64,000 nt of DNA from Magallana gigas (lineage: Eukaryota), in assembly GCF_963853765.1 (NCBI RefSeq), contig NC_088854.1, forward strand, positions 19,282,001 through 19,346,000. Reading direction: 5' to 3'. The position numbers and the translations under genes are program-made. The notes below the pieces were generated by a model. That model ran no database searches, was not told the origin of the DNA, and saw only the letters and a program-made list of their open reading frames with translations. Positions 37,236 through 49,098 of the stretch are shown here, piece after piece; position 1 is the stretch's first letter, and every line of letters begins with the position of its first letter.

Positions 37236-38345
37236 ATGGAAGCAAAAGAATTTTTCCAGAAGGCCAACGAAGAATTTGTTAATGAAAATTTCGAAAAGGC
37301 ATTGGAATTTTATTCGAAGGCCATTGAATTGGACGGAACCAATGCTGAGTATTATAACAATAGAGCACAAGTTAAAATCAACCAAGGGAAGTACGAAGAG
37401 GCGATAACTGACACTAACACCGCGTGTGAAATAAATCCAAAGAGTGTCAAAGCGTACGTAAGGAAAGGCACTGCGTTATTTCATCTCGAAAAATACAAAG
37501 AAGCTTATACAACATTTAAAGCGGCAGAAATCCTTGATCCTGATGACAAAGCAATAAAAACATGGGTAAGGAAATGTGAAGCTGAATTGGATATTCTGGG
37601 TAAAGAAACAGGTGAAGACAAGTCCATGGAACCAATTGTTGGCACTTCAAAGGGAGAAATCGAAGCTCCAAAACCAAAAGAAGAACCAAAGGCTCCAGCT
37701 GCTGCCCCAAGTCAGCCTCCTCCAATGCCTGCAGGTCCCAAAACACGATATGATTGGTATCAGACCCAAACAACAGTTGTAGTCAACGTGATGCTGAAAA
37801 ATGTGAAAAAAGAAGATTGTACAATTAACATCGAACCAAAGGCAGTGAGTGTTACAGTAAAGTTGCCTGGGGGAAGTGATTACAGTTTAGAACTCGATTT
37901 GGCCCATGAAATCATTCCTGAGAAATCCGTAAGCAAAATTATGTCTACCAAAATTGAGATCAAACTTCGTAAATCTGAGGAAAGGCAGTGGAAAAAATTA
38001 GAGGATGATGGTCTCCAGGACAAAGTCAAACAGTTTAATCCTCAAGGCTCCGATCCAACCGTGAGCAAGTATCCCACATCCAGTCATTATACCAGAAACT
38101 GGGATAAGTTGGTGAGTGATATCAAGCAAGAAGAGAAGGACGAGAAATTGGATGGAGATGCAGCCTTGAATCAGCTGTTTCAGAAGATCTACGCTGATGC
38201 CGGTGAAGATACGAAGAAAGCAATGATGAAATCATTTTATGAATCAGGTGGAACTGTTCTAAGCACAAACTGGAATGAAGTTGGAAAGGAGAAAGTTGAT
38301 GTGAAACCACCAGATGGGATGGAGTACAAAAAGTGGGAAGTGTGA
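37236..38345 (+). CDS. SUGT1: SGT1 homolog, Hsp90 co-chaperone (TPR + CS + SGS domains), intronless
   Basis: Single ORF. TPR repeats (KANEEFVNENFEKALEFYSKAIELD), CS domain (RYDWYQT..YSLELDLAH..STKIEIKLRK), SGS domain (YPTSSHYTRNWDKLV..GDAALNQLFQKIY..KAMMKSFYESGGTVLSTNW..PPDGMEYKKW). Start placed at aaaATGG 37236 rather than 37143. Confidence 0.95.
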   Translation: MEAKEFFQKANEEFVNENFEKALEFYSKAIELDGTNAEYYNNRAQVKINQGKYEEAITDTNTACEINPKSVKAYVRKGTALFHLEKYKEAYTTFKAAEILDPDDKAIKTWVRKCEAELDILGKETGEDKSMEPIVGTSKGEIEAPKPKEEPKAPAAAPSQPPPMPAGPKTRYDWYQTQTTVVVNVMLKNVKKEDCTINIEPKAVSVTVKLPGGSDYSLELDLAHEIIPEKSVSKIMSTKIEIKLRKSEERQWKKLEDDGLQDKVKQFNPQGSDPTVSKYPTSSHYTRNWDKLVSDIKQEEKDEKLDGDAALNQLFQKIYADAGEDTKKAMMKSFYESGGTVLSTNWNEVGKEKVDVKPPDGMEYKKWEV

Positions 38346-38677
38346 TAGACAACAAAGTACTGAAGAGTGATTATCATCTTTATCTTCATTAAGTCATATT
38401 GATAAGAATAAGAACTACAGTGTAATTCTGTTATATTTATTTCATGACTCTTGCAGAAATTGGCATTGTATATTATGCTTTGATCAAATCTGAATAACAT
38501 GTAGAGATGCTGAGCAGTTAGATATCCAATAAATTTAACTGGAAGCTTAATGTCACTTAGTTTCAATTATTCTATGTTGTAAAATTGAATACAGATGGAA
38601 ATACTGGTCTTTAAAGAAATAGATTTTGTGTTTTCATGTACTGTATAAGTTGCATATAAGAAATCTGCTGAACTTAA

Positions 38678-39170
38678 AGTGACTTTGACACGATTTGAGA
38701 TAAAAAATGCTATTTTTATTTTTATGTATGGTGCATTTTAATAACTGATTGACCAAAATATTGGATGTTAAAGTCAAGTTACAAGCGAGATACAGAGGTA
38801 AGAATTGGTTGTTTTGTAAACAAAGCTCAAGTCTTAAAGTTGTTAAAAAAATGTAATGAAGAAAATTACTATTTCGAAGACAAAATGACATGTAAAAAAG
38901 CAATTTAAGCTAATTCAATATCTTCATAAATACTATTATCAACAAAGGAAAGGTACATTTGATTGAAACTTACACCAATACAACACATATGTAAAAAATG
39001 ACAATATTCAAGCTTTGTTTATAAAACAAAGAATTCTGTATCTTGCTTATAACTTGATATTTAACTCAAATTTTGACATAGCATTGTAAACTTCTATTTT
39101 TATCAGTATGAACATTGAAAATGGAACAAAAAAAATTAAAAATTTTAAATGAAATTGTGTCCAAGTCCCT
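38678..39170 (-). mobile_element. TTAA-flanked MITE family A, copy 3, inverted and more diverged
   Basis: Reverse-complement match to copy 1. Ends ttaa-AGTGACTTTGACAC and GTGTCCAAGTCCCT. Confidence 0.75.
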
Positions 39171-39685
39171 TAAATAACTCTGAAAGAAAAGAAAGATATA
39201 TCCTTAAGTCATATTCTATTCTTGTTCACATTTCCGTCCAAATTATTGTGCATGTTTTGACTTTTGATTCTGACAAAATAAACTTTTTTATTAATTGAGA
39301 TTTTTATATCAATGGTCTTATAATACAGTGTATCTAAACTACAAATGGTACATATTGTGTAACCTTTCCTTTTAAATAGTTGCTACCTGTAAGACCAGTG
39401 AAGTCACCTTAACACAAAAGAACATTACATCAAGGAACTTGGTTAGTTGGATTCAAATTGTGACTTAATCAATTAAACAACTTTAAATTTTAATGAACTG
39501 TGGTATAAGATTATAAAAAGATCATCTTCTACCAGATACTCTTGTATATTATAGTTAATGTACCTGTAACACTCAAATTATCACACATGAGATGGAATAA
39601 CACATCATCACAAAATAGCTGACCGCTGATCGAAATTTCTTTTTATTAAAAGGATTTCATGGACTGAAACATGTAACTTACTCCA

Positions 39686-39750
39686 TAGCCGAGTGGATAA
39701 AGTGTCGGACTTGTAATCCCTACATCCCGAGTTAGAATCCCGCAAGGGCT
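39686..39750 (+). pseudogene. tRNA-derived relic (SINE-like head or tRNA pseudogene)
   Basis: A-box TAGCCGAGTGG, anticodon-arm-like GGACTTGTAATCC, degenerate B-box GTTAGAATCC. Acceptor stem does not pair. Confidence 0.5.
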
Positions 39751-40025
39751 TTTGTTGTTAATTACTGGAATAATTATGTTAGATATTCATTTTTTATCCC
39801 CAAACAGTTTATTTATTATTATATCTTTCATTATCAAAAAAATTAATTTGAGTGACTTTTCCAGGTGTGTTAATCCACCTTAAAAAAGAAAAGTACATAC
39901 TGATGTATTTATTTAAAAACGTGAATGTATACTTCAAAGGTTGGGCGAATAGGTTACAGTACAAGTTAAAACAGTGAACCTTCTACTTTCATTTTCGATT
40001 TGATTGAGGACGAACTTTGATCACA

Positions 40026-43000
40026 ATGTTGTCAGGTAGACTAGCAGTTGTAACAGGTGAATATTCACTTAGTCATTGTCTGGTTTTATGAATAAAAGAA
40101 TTAATATTCAAATTTCACCTATGGTAACCGTCTTTTGCAACAGTTCAAAATATTTTTAAAACCCGGTTATATTCCTATATACCGTATTGTCCATGTCATA
40201 CATGTATATTGCTTATTCTGTTATTACCGGTATGTATACTTGGGTCAGTTTAGATATACCTCTTTGGTGCATACTTGGTACGCCATAATCAACGTATATT
40301 GGACGATTATAAAAATTTATTGAAGAGGTAAAAAGAATCGTTAATACCTATATATTGAAGGTGCTGGGAGTGGCATTGGGAGAGCAGTATGCCGGGTGTT
40401 TGCATCTGAAGGAGCTACTGTTATTGGTGTAGACATGAATGAGAAGGGAATGGAAGAGACGCTAGCCATGATCAAGGACACAGGTAAAATTTATGGTTAA
40501 TGAAATCAAAGTTTATAGCGAGCGCAGCTCGCCGGCGCGCAGCGCCGGCGCGAAGCGAGCTCTACCGGCAAGGCATGTGTGAATAGAAAATTCGGACTAG
40601 TTGCACATTCATTCAACGGATTTTTTTGGCGTCAGTAAATCGGACCAGTAATGCATCGTTTTAATCGTCCCAGTAGTTCCTTGTAATCATGGCAATTTTT
40701 ATCTCTTCACACTCTCACGAGAATCAGCAAGACAAATTTAGACAGTAAAAACAATAACGATGTAAGCGACATACAGTCAATGTTACCTCTAAAGTTCACC
40801 TCAGTAAACTTTCAATCAAAAATAATCGTGTGACGTCACAAACGTTTACACATTGATCCGATATATTTTTTCGGAGTCAGTAAATTTTGACCCACAATTC
40901 ATAGTACCAATGGTTTCCAACCTCACGTTTCAACATCACGTTCTCCCGAGAATCAAAGTAAAACCTTTGAAAAGCTTATAAGATGTGTAATTTTAAGAAC
41001 ATCATGCTTTTTAAGTTAATAAAACAGTATACTTCGCATACTTTTTTTTCTCAGGGGAGTTTAAAGAGTAAGACGACACTCAACCAACGTCAGCTTTGAC
41101 GTCACAATAAGCACTGATAAGGGGAAATTACTCTAATTGAAGTTATTGTAAATCTGCTGAAATGACCAAAATCCTCTTAAAATCTTGCAAAGGCTAAGAT
41201 AAAGAACAGCTGACGAATAAGGACATTTCTTCAGATACAGGAAACAGTTGTAAATTGCACTAATTTGGATGAATGCTCACAAATATTTTATTCACTATAA
41301 TTACGGTAATTTCCTGAAACGTAACGTTATACGTAGCAGCGCCTTTTTTTAAAGGGGGTGGGTGGGTGGATGGCAGCCTCATCCAAAAAATCTTTGCAAG
41401 CAAAAAGAAAAATAAATCATGAAAATTCTAATCCTTCAGCTCTTTAGCAGTTCAATGGTTTCTTTATTTTCACTTCCATTTATTACATGCGGGGGGGGGG
41501 GGGGGGGGACAACACCATGTTCTTTTAACATGATAAGCAAATATTTTTAAGCGTAAATTAAAAATAAAATTAAACTTTAAAAGAGGAGATGCAGTGCAAT
41601 GAATATTTATATATTAAAATCTTTATTATTTAACAACATTGTATCTGAGATTAAACTATTGTTCTATATATTAATAAATAAATTATAACAAATCTTATAA
41701 ACTATGAATAATGAAAATTTACTGAAAAATAGGTATGTTTTATTTTTTGGCATTCAAATTTCACGTTGTTAATTTTATTTTATTAATTTATTATAATTCA
41801 TTGTTTGATCACATGCTGTGCTCGCCCCAACGGTCGCACCGTAAAACATATTATCAATGTTTTGTGAAGGGGTAGTGGTTATACATTGTATCTTATCTCT
41901 CTGCTTCTCTTTGGGGTAAAAACTAGCTGACTCCAAGCAAAGATCACTGTCTATAGGAATAGTGTACATTAACTACTTGCAATGATGTATATACATTATT
42001 CACCAATTGCTGTTATAATTCTGTTATTCAAGAAACAGGAAAGAAATAAAAATTTGATGTCTTCATGTGTATAGTGTATATGTAGGCTGTAGCTGATACT
42101 TTTTTTTACTACCAGGATAATTATATCTATCAATGGTTCAAACAGTGCAATGGCTGTCAGTCAGTTATTTCCTTGCCTACTTGGATTTGTTAACAAGTGA
42201 AAGACAAATACCATGGTTAACATAAAAGTACTCTGTCAAGGTATATGTGAATTTTAGGTGACCATCAATCATTCCAGTGCGATGTATCAAGCTCAGCATC
42301 TGTCAACAATTTACTGGACAAAATTAAAGAGAAGTACTCCTCAGCTCCTCAGGTAGCAGTGAACTCAGCGGGTATTACGAGGGACAGGACAATGATGAAA
42401 CTTACAGAGGAAGACTTCGATAAAGTCGTCAATGTTAATCTCAAGGTATATGTTATGTTAACGGGTAAGAATCGAGAAGTGTATTAATGTTAGTATGTTA
42501 AAATACTAGATATATTTTAACCAGCCTTTCTGTTTTCAATTAATGTAGCAAAGACTATAACTGATTGTTTAAATTATTAGGAGGCTCTTTTTAAAAGATA
42601 AGTTTCCATTTTCAGGGAACTTGGCTGTTAAACAAGGCTGTAGGTAAAGCTATGCTGACAGACAAAGTGCCAGGCTCCATTGTCAACATATCAAGTCTTG
42701 TAGGCAAGGTAAATATAGTATGACTTTTTGTTGGCTTACCTAAGCTGAAGGCTCTTCTGATCAAAATTTGTCAGGTTTATGTAGTCATTGTTTATGTCCA
42801 TTGCATTAACTTTCCAATTTTGTGTTCTCCTCTGGTTCAAATACACCAAGAGGATGCAATATTACACAACATTTTTGATTTATCTGTATTAAAGTTACTA
42901 CGCTTCCAAAATTGAAGCTGGACATTGCTGCTCAAGTGAGCAATATGGCCCCTATATTTATATTTCCCAACTAAGTGTCATAACATGCAAAAATAAAAAA

Positions 43001-43831
43001 AAAACCAAGAAGATAAGTAGATCCAGAAGTGATACAAAGTCAATTTATATTAGACAGGTAATATAGGACAAACCAATTATGCTGCCTCAAAGGCTGGAGT
43101 GATAGGAATCACAAAGTCCATGGCAAAGGAAATGGGGAAGTGAGTTATATTATGATCTCTGTCTTTCCAAAGAAAGTTGTTGCTTTGATCATACTCAAAT
43201 GACATGTACTAATTTAGTTAAGTCTTTGTGTCTCTTTTCCTTGATATTCTTGGATCTATGATTAAGTTATTAGTTCTCTTGTTTGTGTAATTTTGTGGTT
43301 ATCTGACATTTGTTCTCTTTGTTGTGGCTGTAATGTTATCATGATACATGTTCTCTCTGACTACAGGTTTAACATCAGGGTGAATGCAGTGTTACCTGGT
43401 TTTATTGAGACCCCCATGACTGAGACAGTTCCAGAAAATCTAATGCAAATGACCAAATTGTTGATTCCATTGGGCCGCCTAGGAAACCCAGAAGGTAAAA
43501 ACCAAATTTTCTCTATGTATGGTTGAAATTTGTTGTTTTTAGGTACTGGTCTCAGAGACAGTTTTGGATAGCTCTCCTTGTTCCAAATGTTCAATAGTTT
43601 GATTTTTTCTTGTAGAAATAGCAAACACTTGTGCTTTCCTAGCCTCTGACAAGAGCAGTTATATAACTGGTGCTACTATTGAAGTTACAGGTATGAAACA
43701 GTGGCTAATAGACAAATTTATATACATGTTTATCAATCAACATAAGATAGATATAGTGTCAATTCCTTCTTTATTTTCTTTGATAATAACTAACATATGT
43801 ATTTTCTTTTGCAGGTGGTCTTTTTATGTAA
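40026..43831 (+). CDS. HSD17B8: (3R)-3-hydroxyacyl-CoA dehydrogenase / 17-beta-hydroxysteroid dehydrogenase 8 (KE6), SDR family
   Basis: Exons 40026-40056, 40361-40483, 42258-42445, 42616-42708, 43054-43139, 43367-43494, 43616-43690, 43815-43831. Contains TGAGSGIG, NSAGITRD, GNIGQTNYAASKAG (YxxxK), NAVLPGFIETPMT, SSYITGATIEVTGGLFM*. Confidence 0.92.
40503..41345 (-). mobile_element. Helitron/Helentron-like non-autonomous element in HSD17B8 intron 2
   Basis: GC-rich terminal hairpin AGCTCGCCGGCGCGCAGCGCCGGCGCGAAGCGAGCT (~40527-40562) next to a TTTATAG terminus, with a CpG-rich interior. Distal boundary approximate. Confidence 0.5.
42726..42955 (+). mobile_element. Degenerate short HINE-type element in a HSD17B8 intron
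   Basis: Begins TTTTGTTGGCTTACCTAAGCTGAAGGCTC and ends GCTGCTCAAGTGAGCAATATGGCCC, decayed versions of the 46926-49098 termini. Confidence 0.55.
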
Positions 43832-44316
43832 AACAAAGTGAAGAGTCAGAGTGTTGTTAAAAAAAACATCAAGTCTGTGATATTAATACAAAGTCATAAA
43901 GATATGCGAAATAATAGCACAATAGATGAATTAACTGATCACAGTGGTTTTTAGTGATTATTGAGATTTGATATGAAGACAACTGTGTATCTGTGATGGC
44001 TAGTCTAGCTGGGGATGGTCCTGGACAGGAATGGTGCTAAAGGAGGTTGGGATCCTTATCTCGGCTAGGAATTTGATGGAGGAGTAGGGATCTTCATCCT
44101 TTTTGACTGGTTTCTTTTTTACTGTACAAAGGAGAATTGAAAAACAAATAAGCAAAAATCTTGTAATAAAATTAAAAAAAGCAATGACATATTTGTATTT
44201 GAACTACAGCTGTATTTGATTGCAGAACATTACTGCATTTAAGTGATATATTTATTGTACTATAAAAACTTTACCAGGGTACTTATAAAAATTCAATGAT
44301 GTTAACTATGCCAACC

Positions 44317-45335
44317 ATATGATACATATAGAATATCACACTTTTGTTTTGATCTCGGCCCTGGTATCGGCCCGAGCGGTTGGTATCGGCCCAAGCCCGA
44401 AGAGCTGATACTAGGGACGAGATCAAAACAAAAGTGTGATGTTGTTTATATCATATATCTAAAATCAAAGACTTTAATTCAGATTTAAATTCCAAATTAG
44501 GAATATGATTTATCATGAAGAAGCTATAGATTTTTTTCGGATTTACAAAACTTGTTCGTTTTTATTTCTTTTTATATGTGTTAAAACTGTAAGAGTTGTC
44601 GGACTTTGTTGACAAAGCATCGTCATTTGAAATACAGTAGAAGGGAGTCTGTCGTCTGAAATGAAGCACTATCTTCTAGAATTCAAAATTATCGAGAGAG
44701 AAACTTCCCTCCTACGCAGCTTCGGTATGAGTCAAATTCTTTCACTGGGATTTCGTAAGTTTCCCGTCAGATTCCAATCATAAAGATCCATATACTGTTA
44801 GATTCTATAGCAACTAGAAAGTTGTTTGAGAACGTTCATAAGCGCGTCCATTACTTTAGCATCTTAATTTTTACAGTCTTATCTCTGGTTTTCTAAGATT
44901 AAGTCTCGTTCCATCCTTCTCTATATCCTCCATAATTTAAACGTTGATTGATATTAAATAAAGCGTGCTATTGTTCTCAATACACAAGCGTTGTGTAGGT
45001 TACCTCCCCTTACTTGGATACACATCACTCTTTGGCGCTATTTTTGAATTATTATTTTTCAATTTTCAGTAAAAAATAAAAATATTCAGACGTGTAAGGT
45101 GATAAATTGTATTATATATTCGTTATTCTATCGTTAATTCACAAACTAGTTTTAATTTAAAGCGGAGATATACGGAAATTATTGATTTCAAATTTGAGGG
45201 CAATACACCCCCTTGACGACGGGCTGAGACAGAGAAATATCAGCCCCGAGGGCGATACAGCCCTAGCTTCTGGTTGCTGTCTCACCTAGTCCAAAACACG
45301 TGTATCAGGGCTGATACACTACTAGGTATATGATA
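44317..45335. mobile_element. ~1-kb insertion bounded by ATATGATA direct repeats, with a long sub-terminal hairpin (Crypton-like)
   Basis: ATATGATA at 44317-44324 and 45328-45335. Hairpin 44337-44438 has a perfect 21-bp stem CACACTTTTGTTTTGATCTCG. No TIR. Interrupts the 36-bp minisatellite. Confidence 0.6.
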
Positions 45336-46095
45336 TAATACAATGATGTTAGCTATGCCAATTATATGATAGAATACAATGATGATAGCTATGTCAATCA
45401 TATGATAGAATACAATGATGATAGCTATGTCAATTGTATGATACAATACAATGATGTTAGCTATGCCAATCATATGTTGAATCCGATAATGTTAGCTATG
45501 CCAATTATATGATAGAATACAATGATGACAGCTATGTCAATTGTATGATAGAATAAAATGATGATAGCTATGTCAATTGTATGATAGAATACAATGATGT
45601 TAGCTATGCCAATCATATGTAAGAATACAATGATGTTAGCTATGCCAATCATATGATAGAGTACAATAATGTTGGCTATGCCAATCATATGTAAGAATAC
45701 AATCATGTTAGCTATGCCAATCATATGTTGAATCCGATAATGTTAGCTATGCCAATTACCGGGGGTATATGAAAGAATACAATGATGTTAGCTATGCCAA
45801 TCATATGTAAGAAGACAATGATATTAGCTATGCCAATCATATCATAGAATACAATGATGTTAGCTTTGCCAATCATATGTAAGAATACAATGATGTTAGC
45901 TATGCCAATCATATGTAAGAATACAATGATGTTAGCTATGCCAATCATATGTTGAATCCAATGATGTTAGCTATGCCAATCATATGTTAAATACAATGAT
46001 GTTAGTTATGCCAATCAAATGATAGAATACAATAGATGTTAGCTATGCCAATTATATGGTAGAATACTATAATGTTAGCTATGCCAATCATATGC
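45330..46095. repeat. 36-bp minisatellite (about 21 units; some shorter variants)
   Basis: Unit AATGATGTTAGCTATGCCAATCATATGTAAGAATAC, contiguous with no spacers. Produces the periodic MIGIANIIVFLH ORFs. Confidence 0.92.
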
Positions 46096-46925
46096 TGCCA
46101 CACAACATTGTTATTAAGACACAGGATATGAACTACCTCAGCCTGTAATTGTGAGAAACAATCCTTTTCTTTGGTACCTGTATATTGATTATATCCACTG
46201 TTTCAATGACATCATCTTTTGGGGGACCATTGCATATACAAATGTATTTTAATAAATGTACTACAGTTTTTGTGAGATACGTACCTTTGTTCATTGTTTT
46301 TAAATGTGTAATAATTGATACCATAAAAATTGATAAAAATGAATTTGATAGTATGGTAGTTTATTTTGATCTAAATTTTTTGTGTTCAACTTACAGTAAA
46401 TGCAAATGAACATATAAATTACAATGTCCTTTCCTTCTAAACTTGCAAATTTCAAGTTGATATATCATTTTATAGGCATTCCTTGTAACAAAATCCTAGA
46501 TATCATTAAGGTGGTGACCATCTCCAAGATCCTGATTTTACAAAAAAGACTGTTGGATGAAAAGCATTTTTTTTTTACATTTGACTTATACTTCAAGTTC
46601 ATAGCAAATATTTGAAAATTGCCTGCAAGAAGTTTTAAGTTATAGATTGAATAAGGTCTACAGAAATGATATTGAATATGTTCCTGATAAACTAAATTTA
46701 CCCTAAAAAATGAAAGAGAAAATTTCCAAAATAACTTCATTCACACATTATCATTTTTCACTCCTAAAAATTCACCAGAAACAAAAACAGATTTCCTCAT
46801 GGATTTATAATGGGGAATGTTGACATCTTTTCTCCATTCAAAATTCACTTGGAATACCTTGTTCAATTTTCAATGCTATCATCTGGGTACCTTCATCTCT
46901 TAAGCAATAGAAAATCCCCATTGAC

Positions 46926-47008
46926 TTTTTAGCTCACCTTCACATTTTCATCTTCTTCTCATGAACCGCTGGGCAGATTTCAGCCAAATTTGGCAAAAAG
47001 CACCACTA

Positions 47009-47051
<43 letters not shown>

Positions 47052-49098
47052 CTTTAAAGGGGAGATAATTGAGAATTATTGAAAAATTTTTGGTATTTTT
47101 CAAAAATCTTCTTCTCAAAAACTAATCGGCCTGGAAAGCTTAAACTTGTGTGGAGGCATCCTCAGGTAGTGTAGATTCAAGTTTGTTCCAATCATGGTCC
47201 CCGGGGGTAGGGAGGGGCCACAAGAGGGGGATCAAGTTTTACATAGGAATATATAGAGAAAATCTTTAAAAATCTTCTTTTCAAAAACTATCAGGCCAGA
47301 AAAGCTCAAATTAAAATAGAAGGATCCTCAGGTAGTGTAGATTCAAGTTTGTCCAAATCATGGTCCCCGGGGGTAGGGTGGGGCCACAGTAGGGGGATCA
47401 AGTTTTTCATAGGAATATATAGAGAAAATCTTTAAAAATCTTCTTCTCAAAAACTATCAGGCCAGAAAAGCTCAAATTAAAGTGGAAGCATCCTTAGGTA
47501 GTGTAGATTCAAATTTGTTCAAATCATAGTCCCTGGTGGTAGGGTTGGGCCACAATTGGGGAATGGATTTTTACATAGGAATATATATAGAGAAAATCTT
47601 TAGAAATCTTCTTCTCAAAAACAATTAGGCCAGAAAAGCTCAAATTAAAATAGAAGGATCCTCAGGTAGTGTAGATTCAAGTTTGTTCAAATCATGGTCC
47701 CCGGGGGTAGGGTGGGGCCACAATAGGGGGATCAAGTTTTACATAGGAATATATAGAGAAAATCTTTAAAAATCTTCTCCTCAAAAACTATCAGGCCAGA
47801 AAAGCTCAAATTAAAGTGGAAGCATCCTTAGGTAGTGTAGATTCAAATTTGTTCAAATCATAGTCCCTGGTGGTAGGGTTGGGCCACAATGGGGGAACGG
47901 ATTTTTACATAGGAAAATACAGAGAAAATCTTTAAAAATCTTCTTCTCAAAAACTGTTAGGCCAGGAAAGCTCAAATTAAAATGGAAGCATCCTCAGGTA
48001 GTGTAGATTCAAGTTTATTCAAATCATGGTCCCTGGGGGTAGGGTGGGGCCACAATTGGGGGATCAAGTTTTACATAGGAATATATAGAGAAAATCTTTA
48101 AAAATCTTCTTCTCAAAAACTATTAGGCCAGGAAAGCTCAAATTTGAGTGGAAGCATCCTCAGATAGTGTAGATTCTAGTTTGTTCAAATCATGGTCCCT
48201 GGGGGTAGGGTGGGGCCACAATTGGGGGATAAATTTTTATACAGGAATATATAGAGAAAATCTTTAAAAATCTTCTTCTCAAAAACTATTAGGCCAAGAA
48301 AGCTCAAATTGGTATGTAACCATTCTCAGATAATGTAGATTCAAGTTTGTTCAAATCATGGTCCCTTGAGGTAGGGCATGCCCACAATGGGGGATAAATT
48401 TTTATATATAGAGAAAATCTTTGAAAATCTTCTTCTCAAAACTATTAGGCCAGGAAAGCCCAAATTTGGTTGGAAGCATCCCCAGATCGTGTAGATTCAA
48501 GTTTGTTTAAATAATAGTCCAAGGGTAGGTCGAGGCCACAATGGGGGATGAATTTTTACATAGATATATAGAGAAAATCTTTAAAAATCTTTTTAAAGAC
48601 TGTTTGGCTAGAAAAGCTTAAACTTGTGTAAAGGCATCCTCGGGTAGTGTAAATTCAAGTTTGCAAAATCTCAGTCCCTATTGGTAAGGTGGGGCCGTGA
48701 TGGCGGTTTGAATTTTTACATAGGAATCTATAGAGAAAATCTTTAATATTCTGGGAAAGTTTTCGGTCCAAAAGTCAGTACTTAGTGTGAAAGCACAGGT
48801 TATGCAGATTTAAGTTTGATGAAACCATGATTCCCTAGAGAAAAGTGGGGCCACAAAATGGGAGGGGGGGGGGGGGTACATAGGAATAGAGAAAAATCTT
48901 CTTACAGGTACAACAACAAAAAGGGCTTGGTATTTTACCAAAAAAAAGAGGTGGATAAAAATTGGCAGATTTTCAATTTTTGTTTAGCAAGATCTACTGT
49001 ACTTAGTTGTCAAGATATTTTGATACTGTAATGCTAATTTGATCAGAATTAAGGCAACTGTTGCTCAGGTGAGCGATGTGGCCCCTGGGCCTCTTGTT
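46926..49098 (+). mobile_element. Non-autonomous Helentron (HINE-type) carrying a ~166-168 bp satellite array (Cg170-like)
   Basis: 5' TTTTTAGCTCACCT and 3' CAGGTGAGCGATGTGGCCCCTGGGCCTCTTGTT (subTIR GCTCACCT/AGGTGAGC plus terminal hairpin). About 10 monomers between ~47100 and 48800. Confidence 0.85.

Noticed and set aside
39686-39750. Functional tRNA gene
   Set aside because: The acceptor stem and T-arm do not pair and the B-box is mutated; kept only as a relic.
45330-46095. CRISPR-like array of 36-bp repeats and periodic ORFs
   Set aside because: Units are contiguous with no unique spacers, no cas genes are present, and the context is eukaryotic. The ORFs arise because 36 is a multiple of 3.
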